Source: Vicugna vicugna
Taxonomy: Eukaryota
Length of the DNA: 64,000 nucleotides
Direction of reading: 5' to 3'
NCBI GenBank assembly: GCA_013265495.1
Contig: MU057560.1
Location: 1,252,753-1,316,752 of the forward strand
A model generated the notes under the pieces. The model worked only from the letters and a program-made list of their open reading frames with translations, did not search any database and was not told where the DNA came from. Positions 13,201 to 24,799 of the stretch are shown here, piece by piece. The position numbers and the translations under genes are program-made. Numbering within the stretch: position 1 is the first letter of the stretch; each line of letters opens with the position of its first letter.

Positions 13201-14193
13201 CAGCTGATGAAAATCACCCCGGGTTTGATCTGGTCCCTCGTGCGGGACAAGCCGAGACCCATCTTCCCTCAGACTCAACAAAGTGGTGCTTAGCGGCAGG
13301 AAGGTTTCTGCCTTCTCTTTATGCAACGAAAATTTGGTGATTTTGCTCAATGTATCCCCGACCCCCAAGTGGGATCGGCCCTGCCTGTCTGCCACGTGAG
13401 CCCTGCCTTCGTGCCCCTTTCAGTGGGGGAAGCGGTCTTGCTCTGGGATAGCCTGTGCAACTTGCTGCTTCCCCTGATGCACAAACGCAGCTGCGTTTCC
13501 TGACAGCTGAAACAGGGGTCTCTCTCTCTAAGGGGCCCCCTCGCCCCAGTCTAAGCTCTGCTTGGTGTCTGAGCCTCCCCCGCAGCCCCTGAGACGCCTC
13601 CGGGACACAGTTTCTGACTCTTACAGAGACTGATCTAACGAGTTCTCTAACGCGCTGACCTAATTTCCACTGTTCGCGTGGCCTCCCTCTGAACAGCGCA
13701 CCCTTTGACTGGCCTTGGAGAAATCTGACGCTCGGGGTCCTGCTGCCCACACTGGATTCCGAATGCTCCCTGATTCCTGATTCCCGTGCTGAACACCACA
13801 GCCGGTCCAACAGATGCGCGTGTGCTCATGGCCCTCGCACGCTTCTGACCCTGGAAATGTCGTGGTTAGGGTAGTGAATTCTGAAGTCACTGTTTTATCA
13901 AAATCGGGGCTACTCTACCCCCATAATCACCCCAAGTTTCATCTTCACACCAATGCTGCCACCCTTTTTGAAAATCTTCGCTCTAACAGTTTTTATACAA
14001 ATAAATTTTCAGAAAACTTTGAGTACCACTAATGCCAGCCATGTTATAACGAAAATATGATGGTGCTGGGTTTTAGTGTCTTTAAACTTATTTGTTTTAT
14101 AATAATGTTTAGCTGCAAAATACCAATGCTTTAAAACTTACCTTTTTAAAATTAATAAATTTATTTTAGCTGAAAACAAAATAAGATATCACC

Positions 14194-14654
14194 TTTTCTT
14201 CTTTGTTTTATTGAAGTACAGTCAGTTACAATGTGTCAATCTTCGGAGCACGGCACAGTGTCCCAGTCATGCATATACAGACATATATTGTGTTCATATT
14301 CTTTTTCATTAAAGGTTATTACAAGATATTGAATATAGTTCCTTGTGCTATACAGAAGAAATTGTATTTTTTATCTATTTTATATGTATAGTAGTTAATA
14401 TTTGCGAATCTTGGACTTCTAAATTTATCCCTTCCCATCCCTTTTCCCCCGGTAACCATAAGATTACTATGTCTACAAGTCTGTTTCTTTTTGTAGATAA
14501 GTTCACAGTGTCTTATCTTTTCTTTTTTTAGACTCCACATATGAGTGTTATCTTATGGTATGTTTCTTTCTCTTTTGGGCTTACTTAGAATGATGATCTC
14601 CAGGTCCATCCATGTTGCTGAAAATGGTGTCATTTTATTCTTTTTTACAGCTGA
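14194..14654 (-). mobile_element. 5'-truncated lineage-specific LINE-1 (same family as 4092-4592)
   Basis: Reverse complement gives ttcagcaacatggatggacctggagatcatcattctaag...acattgtaactgactgtacttcaataaaa. Possible decayed TSD gatatcacc (14185) / gatgttact (14653). Confidence 0.93.
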
Positions 14655-17600
14655 TGTTACTTTTTAAAATGTTTAATATAATCTTTTGCCAAAGATAAGA
14701 TGTATACATGAACTTTAACATAGTTGAAATCATGGTGGCAAATCTGCTCTTTTCTTAGAACAACATTATAATTAATTTCTAGTCTTCTATGTGGATTTTA
14801 TAATAATAATTTTAATGTATTGTAATATTTCATATTCTATTATTTATAGTATTTAAAGGGCATATCCATTGCATGCATTTGTGTTTCTATTAAATGATTA
14901 GTTTTAAATAAATTCTAGGAGTTCATTTTATGGATTGTAAAAGCGTACAAAGTAGACAATTCTTGCTCTTTGTTGACTTTTTTTCTGAAAGAATTACATC
15001 AGTTTGCAGAGCCACCCACACAGGCCACCTGTTTGTGCGTGTGTGTATGTGTGCGCACACACAACCAAACTGCATACATTTATACTGATCCTAAAAAAAA
15101 AAAAAAAAGGAATTTGCAGTACCTTTGAGACTTCTTATATGTAAATGCTCCACAGGGCATTTCAGAGGATTATTGCTCTGTTCAATCTTCCACCAGTGGA
15201 AAAAAATACCTTAAATGGAAGAGCTCATTGTAGTCGGCAGGGAGGGGGATCCGGAATAAAACCTACAATTCGTGCCCAAGCAATTCTGTGGTGTTATTCA
15301 AAGAAATAATCTCGTCTATAAAAACCAAGCGTGACCTCTGACTCTAATTCGCTTGGGTGTATTTATTTATGCTTTTAAATAGGTTACCTATTAAGTTCAT
15401 CCTAAGGGTATTTTAAGAGAATGACATGAAAACATGTGAACTTAAAGACACATTAGAACTCCTAGGAAATTGGTAGAATGTGGAAATGAGGCTGTGACAG
15501 AGCTATTTGAAGAAGAAAAAAGTATTTTTCAGGCTCCCGGAATTCTGCATAAAGTTCTCTGAGTTATGGAAGGTTCTTTCTGCCTCAGAGGTAGTCACTG
15601 GATTAAATGCCAAATGGATCTGCTTGATTTGAGAGGTTCCGTGGAAGTCTTTTAAAAACAGCCAAGTAATTAAGGCTCATTCTTTAATCCAGAAGCATAG
15701 TAATACAAATTAAGCAAGCACGCTTCACCAGCGGATGAACGTCTGTGAGCGCTCCATCCATGGGCTTGAAAATCAGTCCAGGGTTGGGGTGGGGAGGCTG
15801 CGATGCTCTGTCTTCCGGCTACTCCACCATTTTTCTAAGACGAATCTGAAATTCAGGGCTCTGTTTCCTTGCCATCAAGGTGTGTGTGAACGATGCTTCT
15901 GACTTGGGCTCTCCTTGATCAAACTCCGGGATGAAGTACTAAGCGGATTAGTGGAATTGCCCCTAAAGGCCTAGGGTCCTTGATCAGAGGAGGAGCTCCC
16001 CGTGAGCGTGAAGCAGTTCTCACAGACCCAGAATATCTAAAGAGACGCTGAGAAGGGTGATCGGTTACTGTCTGGTTACTAATTGGTACAAAATGTTAGG
16101 AATCTATAATGCGCAGTGTTTACTGATTTCACCAGGCAAGCAGGCTGTGCCGACTTGGTCACGGCGAAGCCTTCGGAGACAATCAATACTGCAATTACAG
16201 TGTGTGAGGACACAGCAAGGAGGAGGGAGGCATATTAACTGGTTGTAAATGATGTCTCTCTGGTGTCTCTGGAACATTTCCCAAAACAATTACAGCTCAT
16301 TTTCCTACGTTGTGCTTCACTCTGCAGACGCAGCATATAAATCAGATGATTACCTAATTGGATTTGGATTCTTTCAAAAATTGTTAAATTTGCAACTTCT
16401 TCTCGCAGTGTGCTTGGGAGTCACAACACATGAGACGAATGGTTGGGAGCATAGAACAGAGCGTCTGTTACATTTAGCTTCGGGAGCAGAGAGGCTGAAG
16501 GGCAGTCAGGTCTTTCTAACCTGGATGGTAGGATCAAGTGAAGGAAGCGCCTGCCAACAAGAGGAAAGAAAAGGTCACTGTGGTCCCATAAAAGACCCGC
16601 TGAATTAAATTTGCATACAGTTAAGAATTACCTCTGTGTTATTTTGCAATATCGCCAACTAACATTATACTCTTTAAAAAGGTTTTATTTCAGCATTGAC
16701 TAGAAGATAGAGTTTTATTTGACCTTGATCAGTAAGACACTTTGGGACTGACTTTCTGGTTCAACGTAAAGAGAGCTGGGGGACAGGCCCTGGGTTTGCC
16801 CCACCCCAGTCCCAGGGGAGCCGCTTCAGCCCTACCCCGAGGACGCAAAACCAGCCTGAGGCCACGTCATCCACACCAGGATTAAGCCCAGTGACGCGAA
16901 GCTATAGACTGTTGTTACCATTGTGGTTGCTTGCTTCACATTTAAATCCAAAAATTGGCATTTTCACACCGTGGGACAAGGGTGGGGGGTGCCCGGGAAC
17001 ACAGTCAGACGGCGTCAAGTAGGAACTCACGTCTAACAGGTGCACAGCATCCCCGAGCTACCTTCCCGCTCACGGCCAGGCCGCTCGTCACGTGGCCGGG
17101 AACCCTCTGTCCCTGGGGACCACAGCATCTTCAGACGCCTGCCCTCACTGTCCTGCCCCCTCGCCCTCGCCCGGACCTCTGAGCGCCTGTAAGGCAGAGA
17201 TGAGCCCGCCTGGCGCTAAGGCTCCCGTGACAGATTCATTGCATTTCCCGACTCAGGCTTCATTGACCCTCAGACCAAGGACCGCTGATGCCCAGAATTC
17301 CGCTGGTTCCTCCATCTGTAATTCTGATGTCTGGGTTGCACAGGTCGTTAATTACATAATTTTTCAGTCGTGGGGAATCATGAAGCTCCCATGAAACTAC
17401 TGAACTGGCCTTGGCGCGGTTCCCTCCCTCTACCACACACACAGCAGGTGAGTTTCTGCAGGTGCGCTGGGTTTTCAAGGTAAACGGAAGGGACCTGTGT
17501 GAGCAGCCGGCCTTCCCGGGACGCAGGACGCAGATAGGACTCCTGCCTGTCTGTCTCCGTGCTGCTCGCTGCCCTGGGGTCTCCGTGTGTGCACAGGAGC

Positions 17601-18364
17601 CCGTGGAAGGGTGCGAGTGTGTCTGGGGTACGGAGGAGCCGCACCACCCACCCTCGTCTTCATTGTGTCTGTTTCTCGCTCTAATGAGGTCCTCGGGGGC
17701 AAGGGCAAGTTTAAAATGAAAATCAATCAATCAATCTCTGGTGGCCGCACAGGAAGCAGACCTGAGACTTGTCCTCACTAAAAACTGGGTTTATTAAAAA
17801 CATCTCTGTACAAATACAGGGCAAAGCACTACAAAACTGGTTTCTTTCAAAGGAATATCAAAAAATCTCATTTCATACATCTTTGAAGACTTCTTGTAGA
17901 GAACCACTGAGTTTTCTAAGTATGTGAGGAAACGGGGCTTCTGCCTTCTTCCCCATCTGTCTCTACAATAAAAAGAAAGGCAAGCGTTATGCAGATAAAC
18001 ACCCCGTCAGCAGAAATTCCGCAGCTGAAAAGGTGGTCACAGACTGTGAGCTCCCAGCACGCTGGTGGTGAGTGTGTCTGCCTGGTCACTCATCGTTTAC
18101 AGTCAATTTCTCTCGTTTTTTATCTGCTCTTTTTCCTTTGGAGGAGCGCGCATCAGAACACAGTTCTCAGTGAAACCACTTACATCTGATCTCCCAACCC
18201 CAGGGTCACCGACAGCCTGTGACACGCAGAAAGGCTGTCACCGACGGGTTTGGTCTTGTAGCTTAAGGAACTTTGATTCAAAGAGGTTACATGCCTGGCT
18301 TAAAGCAAATTGAAACTGTTTAAAGATCAGTGAATCTTGCTTTCTCGAGCAAAATTATATTTTG

Positions 18365-18510
18365 ATGTTTTCCAGTCTTCTTGAGATAGAATATTGTACA
18401 AGTTTGAGGTGTATGACTTGATTGGGGTAGAATATATATTGGGGAATGATCACCATTGAGTTTACTTAACATCCATCACCTCACATAGTTACAAATTTTT
18501 ATGTTTTAAC
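18365..18510 (-). mobile_element. L1MA-like 3' end fragment
   Basis: tattgtacaagtttgaggtgtatgac...aatgatcaccattgagtttacttaacatccatcacctcacatagttac matches the L1MA8-10-type terminus. Confidence 0.75.
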
Positions 18511-21054
18511 TTTTTAAAAAAATTAGTGAGAAAGGGCAGTTGGAGCCAATTAGGGTGAAGACGGCTGGTTTGTTCCCCAGTCCCTCTCCCTGGGTAAATG
18601 CACCACCACACGCCGCGAAGAGGCCTTGCGGGTTCACGGGGGAGCCGCGCCTTCGGTGAGGTGGGAGCGAGCGCTGCCTTTCTCCTCCTGGGGCCGCTTC
18701 CCCCCTGAGAAGTGATGGTGGACCTGCTGACACCCGACTGCATTCTTCCAAACCTTATTTGAGGCAGTGGGGGGCAAGCTGCTCTGAACCTTTTTAAACA
18801 AATGATTTTTATGCAACGGCCTCTGGCTGGACTGGAGGTCCGTAGCAGGCTCCCTCTTGCTGCGTCCCTGCACCTGTCTCTGGGAAATACACACTTCTGC
18901 CTTAATTTCTTGCCTCCAAGCAATAGAATGCAGGCTTGACATTGATGATATTTGCTCCCCAGAAAATACATTTGTAAACATCTTTGGGGATTTCGTTAAA
19001 GAGAGGTTTCGCATGAGACCTCAGGAATCCCTGTGGTGTTGCGTGCCTAGACCCCTGTGAGGCGTACCGGGGTCAGTGCACAGCTGCGTCTTTCTTAGAG
19101 CACTGGGGGGAAATGTAAATCGTGCCCTTTACCTGCGGACAAGTGGCCTTTTCCTGCAGCTGTGGCACTGAAGATCAAGTTTCCCTTGGCCAGTCTGGAC
19201 TGATTCTTACCTGCCATGTACGTCCCTCTAGGAGACAAAGCAACTCCCTCACTGACCAGACGCTTTTGGCTCCATCACGTGGAAGTCAGGGTCAGTTTGT
19301 TGAGGAGGGGCGTGAAGTGAACAGCGTGAGCTTCGTGGTCTGCCGGTCATTAAAAATACGTCTGATGCTGGCACTTCGGTCCAGAGTGATGAGGATGGCA
19401 CTGATGCTCCCACGTGGAGCAGCGAGAGTGGGGGAGAGAACGGCCCCTCGGGGCGGCCCGCCCCGCCCCCGGGCAGCAAGGACGCCATTTGCCCCGGCGC
19501 GTTCCCCACTCACCACCCCAAGTGACACTTTCAGAGCAAAGCGTGGTGTAGGATCCGTTTTCCCCAGAAGGTGAGCTACCGTTCAGGAGTTGCCATTCTA
19601 GGACATTAGATGTGACAAGAATTTTCCACACAGTGTGAGGGTTTCTTTTTGAAATTAACACCTCAGCGATCACCGTTTCCTCCACACCTGAGGACGACGC
19701 ACCGTGACGTCGTTTGGTTTGCCTGAGCATGGAAATCAGGACGCAGCTGAAATATTGGACACATCATCAAAGAATGCAGCCCGCAGGATGCCACCGAGCC
19801 TCTCAAGTTAGATCTGCTGGGTGAACCCCATCCTGATGCCGCCTGTAACAAGCAGCTTGTTTGTGTCAGCCATTTTTCCAAAGTCATTATTACTCTAGAA
19901 TCAGCAAGCTTTCAGTGTCTTTCAAATTACCGCCAAGCGCTGGTTAACTTGAACACAGAGGTAACAAGAGTTGTTTTCAACTTTGCTTTTTGCTTTTTAG
20001 GAGAAAGCAAATCTCCAGCTCCATCTGGTCTTCTGTCCCAAGGAAGCCAAGGTTTTAGATGCTCACTCTAACTCCGCTTCGTGTGTTACCTTGCAGTTAG
20101 TTTTCAAAGCCTGAGGCACTCACCTCCGCAACACTGAACGACCATCACCGAGCATTTTCTAGACGCTAAGGATCTGTAATATTAGCATTTTTCACAGAAA
20201 GACTCCGTTCCCTTCTCCGGACTCGTATTAGCACTACAGGGATGCAGGTTTACATCCTGGGCGCAGTTCCGGCCCTTTGGGACGCAGATCTGAACTGTTG
20301 AATCGTTCGTTCTAGATGTCACTGCAGGTGCCTGAAGCTGGGAAGTTCATCACGTTGCCGTCCTCAGTGACGCATGCTGCTGCTGTCTGATTTCTCTCCA
20401 CGGAAGATCAGGGCTGAAGGCAGGATGGACACTGTGCACCAAGTGTTTGCCACATCCGTCATTCCATTCTCCTACCCGTCTCCAAAACGTCGGCATTGGT
20501 CTTACCCTCGCCGTGGGAGTGAGGCCACAGAGGCTTCAGGAAGTTGAGTGGTTTCTAGGGACCACACCGACATCACGCGGATTAGGAATGGGGGAGCGAG
20601 AGACACACCTTGTGCTTTGCGTGCCCCAGAGCCTGAGCCCCCCTGCTCTAAAAGCACGTTCCCACCTGGCCGACTCCATCACCCGGGTCTACTCCCCCAG
20701 GGCAAGGGGAAGGAGCGCTTGTCAGATACAGGGCTGCAAGGGCCGGGGGGGTGGGGAGACAGTGTTCTGAGCCACCTCCCTGGTGGCCGTGCGGCCCTGG
20801 CTCGTGCGTGTTGGCTCCTCCCCGCACGCCAGGCCCAGGCGTCACCTGCTAACGTGTCTTTCTCCCTGGCGCTACAGCCGATGGTGGCAGGAGCAGGACC
20901 TTGTCTGATTTTCTTTCAGTCGTAAACAATCAAAACAAACTACTTCCCAGTGTTCCCCTTTCACTAGGCAATTTTTTTAAAGGAAATTACTTTCAATTGC
21001 TGGTCACAGTCCAGTGATCTAGTGAACATTCGGTAGAATCTGGGTCAGTGAGAG

Positions 21055-22270
21055 CCCCGAGTCCCGGAGGCGTGGGGAGGAGAGGCTGGAGTGGAGCAGG
21101 TGCGGGGCTGGACACGCGCGGCGCTAGATCGCGGGGTGTCGCGGCCGGGCGGCGAGAGCGCGAGGCGCCTTTGGCGCTCTCTCAGTCTGCGATGTTTGTC
21201 TTCTAAAGGGCCTGGCCTTCTGCACGTGCACACACTCAGCAGTTCCCAGGCTGACATTTTCTCTTCCCCGATTCTCGTCGAGCTTCCTGACCTTCGAGCT
21301 GCTGCTGGCAGGGAGGCCGCCCGTCTGCAGCAGCGTGTGTCCCAGAGCGAGGGCGACGGGCGGAGCGTCAGGAAGCGGGATTCGAGGCGCTTGGTCTGCA
21401 TTAAATGATTCTAATTTTGGAGCAGGACGCGAGCGGGGAGCGAGCCAGGGAGGCCAATTAAGGGGCAGCCACCGCCCCCAGGGACGGTCAGCGGAAGCCA
21501 TCCTGCGGCCGCAGCGCCGGCCCGAGACGGTGCGTCCTGCTTCCCGGGGACAGACGGGCCGGAGGAGGCGAGGGCGGGGGGGCTCCCCCGCAGGAGAGCG
21601 GGAAGAGCGGTGCCCACGGTGGCTCTGCGCATCAGACAGGCTGGGGGCTCAGGGTGCCGGCAGCGGCGAGGTCTGCTCCTAAGCCGCGGAGGGTTTTGCT
21701 GTCCGAACAGTGCTGGAGCTTACGTCTTCCTCCCGCGCTGCGTGTTCAGGGGCCTTCCTGTGTCCCCGGGGAGCACGGCACAGTCCCCTCACGTACAGTG
21801 CGCTGCTCGACGGAACCTTCTCTCAGGCGAAGCGTCAAAGGACGCGGAAGGGGCACAGAACGCACGCCCTTAGCTTCCCCGTCCTCCAAGGGAGTCAGCT
21901 TCCGAGGCCGTCGCGGGAAGCGCGCCCGGCTCTGCTGGCTGCGGCGCCGCTCTCTCGGCCCAGGCAGGCCACTCGCCGTGGGCCTTGCTGCTGTTTCTCG
22001 GCATGCCCGCCTCTCTCCTGAAAGGCAGGTCAGGCGAAGAGGAGCTGACGGTTCGCAGGGGGACACGCGGGGCGGGCTGACGAGGGGGGCAAGAGAATGA
22101 CGGTTTCGGACGCAGGCCATTCAGCACCTCGCACAGGTCTCTTTGGGGCGGGGTCGCATCGGCTCCTTTCCAGAAGCAGGTCCCTGACGAGAGGAAGGTG
22201 TGTCTCGCAGCCCCGCTCAGGCGAGCCGCTCCCTTCTGGTGAACCTGCTGTTGGGGCGAGCGCATCTTTT
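21055..22270 (+). promoter_or_regulatory. CpG island / probable RNA Pol II promoter with putative non-coding first exon
   Basis: Very high GC and CpG density, including GCGGCCGC at 21505. CCAAT at ~21454, GC boxes, and an ETS/YY1-like CGGAAGCCATC at ~21492. Candidate donor ACG|GTGCGT at ~21529. The strand is inferred. Confidence 0.8.
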
Positions 22271-22522
22271 GCTCGGAATTATTTTTTTGAGAAAGGCAGC
22301 TAATCTCAACAGGGCTACTGAGGAACAGGAGGAAAGGTTGTTCCATGAACTGACGGGCTCCTAATCTGAGGAATGTGGAGGTCACAGCCATTGACTTTAG
22401 TTATTACCCCAAATCTATCCCCAAGCAGGGTTCCGATCACTGCACACTTATCGCCAGATGCTGCCAATAATCTACACTTCATAAAATGGTTGAAAGGTAT
22501 GATGCACTCAGGATATTAGCCT

Positions 22523-22543
22523 CACACACACACACACACACAC
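22523..22543. repeat. (CA)n microsatellite
   Basis: Directly visible. Confidence 0.9.
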
Positions 22544-22899
22544 TTTGTGAGTGTGTACATGCAGCATCTTAGTATTTTACCATCACATGTCTGTATGGAC
22601 CAGTAAGGAACTCATCATGCTAATTAATTTCGTGTTCAAACCCTTTAAGAATGAAGTAATTATTTCAAAATGAGGAGCTCTGTTCTGTGTTTACCGGGTC
22701 CTGGTCACCGGGGTGCCCGCTGGGGCGTGGGGTGCTGCGCCGTAATCACTACACTAGAGTTGACTTCTCAGTCTTCAGAAAGAAAAAAGTGCCACCACTG
22801 TCGCCACCACCACCAACAAAACCAAAAATCTAGCATGTCCTCGAAATCTTATTTTTCTCACAATCATCACCGACACCACCGCCACGCTTGTGTTAACGG

Positions 22900-23110
22900 C
22901 TGTGGCACTCATTCGGCTGAGGGTTTGCATATACAGCTTAACGTCAACACCTTTATGAGACTCATACTAGCAGTCTTTCAGTCGTCACTGGTTTTCTGTT
23001 TTTTAAAGTGAGGAAACCAAAGTTCAGCTAGATTCACCCGTGTGAGGTCATACAGCTATTTAATGACAAAATCTGAACTGAAGATGTAAACTTATTCTTG
23101 CTTTTATCAT
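22900..23110 (-). mobile_element. MIR SINE
   Basis: tgaggaaaccaaagttcagctagattcacccgtgtgaggtcatacagctattt is the MIR core in antisense. Confidence 0.6.
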
Positions 23111-24799
23111 TAATTTTTAACACACCTGTGGACCACGTCTTACACGGCAGTTGCCGTCTGACACGAGGGACTCATTAATGAACAGATTGGGGCAAAACCC
23201 ACGGCCCTGTGGAGCTTTGCGTTTTGGTAGCTGTCAATGAGCAGCGTGATCTGCGGCTTGGCGAGAGGTTGTAAGGACACGCGTGGAAGCAGGGGACACA
23301 GCTGGGCCGGCAGAGGGCATTTCAGAGTATTCACTGGCTTTAAAGTCCCATGCCCCTGCTGGCCCTCCTGGCCAGTTCCATCCTTCCCTGGAGAAACCCG
23401 CGCCGTCTGCCGAGGCTCTTTCAAGTCACATCTTCCTGAAAACCCCCTCTGGTTGCATCCTGCTGGCTGTGGGGCAGAGGACAGGGTACCTGTGTGCGAG
23501 TGCGTGACTGTGTCGCCGAGTCATCCTCTCTGTGCGGTCACCGCGCTCTGTGTGTTCTGTCAGTCGATCGCGTATGACATCAGACGCCATGGGGTCGCTC
23601 CTGCTACAGCGGTAGACATCATACTCCTTGAAGGCATTATTTATATCTTATCCTTCCTGCATCACGAGCTTTCCACACACTGATAAGAGCAAACTGAATA
23701 CATAATCATATTAAATATATTTAGTTGGTTGACTTGACAGATCTTCCCATATGCTCACGGGCAGCAAAGAGTATTGAAGATGCCCTGGGTTACAGGTCAG
23801 GGGCAGCTTGGCCATTGGCCAGTGTAGAAGGTGTGTGTGGTCTCGGACATGTGAGTTACCTCCTTGCGGCTCAATTATTGCTTAACAACAGAGATATTAT
23901 CACTGACAGCATTGGCTGACTCCTTGCTCCAGCGTGTGTTGTCTATGTGAACCTCTGCCCGTCTCTGTTTCCTTGGATGCGATAGTTGGTTGACAGGGAA
24001 GTCTTACTATTTGAAACGGGGGCTCCCTGTATATAGCGTATGAGAAAGCGCGTTTTAAAAGTCCGTTGTTTTTTTCTCTGTAAAGTTCCTCAGATGCTTG
24101 GGGTTGCTTTTCTCTCCCGGAAGCAAGCCATTTGTGGTGAGTATTGCACCCATGTGCGACTCTTCCCAGTGGTAAGAAGTGTTCCCCGGGGAGCAGGCAA
24201 GACGCCCCTTCACACAGCAATTGTTAGAAACATCCGAGTGTGTTTAAAACTAAATGAAACTTGCATATTACATTGTTACTTCTTTTAGAACCGTTTTTTA
24301 AAAATCAGTTTTCCTCATTGTAACGACTGGTAGATTATCCATATAATAGATTATCAGATGAAGACAGCACAATCTCTTCAAAAATGGCGAAGAGGAGGGA
24401 AGTGTGACTGGGAATGGGGATTAACATGAAATTCAAAATCAGGGCATTTGTGACGCTGTGAAGCAATCATCGGAGAGTATTATGCATTAGGAAATTGGAC
24501 CATTTGTTGGTTAATGGTAGTTGTAAGCCTTGAGATGGAAAGTGTTTCCCAGTAAATAGCAAATTACAGAAATAGACCAAGAGTCACAAAGCGGGTCTCA
24601 TCAGAAATATTTTGCATCACTGTGAATAGTTCATATGTAACCTCTTGGGCAAACATGTATATTTTTAATAGAGAACTATGCTTGTTTAACAAAATATTTT
24701 TATGTAATAATTTGCACATTTTGAAAAATACCTTTAAAATCTCTTAGGAAAAGCTTGATCATTTAACGTATCAAAAAGAGAAAGGAAATATGCTACAGA

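Noticed and set aside
21045..22391. Stack of overlapping Arg/Gly/Pro-rich ORFs on both strands
   Set aside because: This is the expected stop-codon scarcity in a CpG island.
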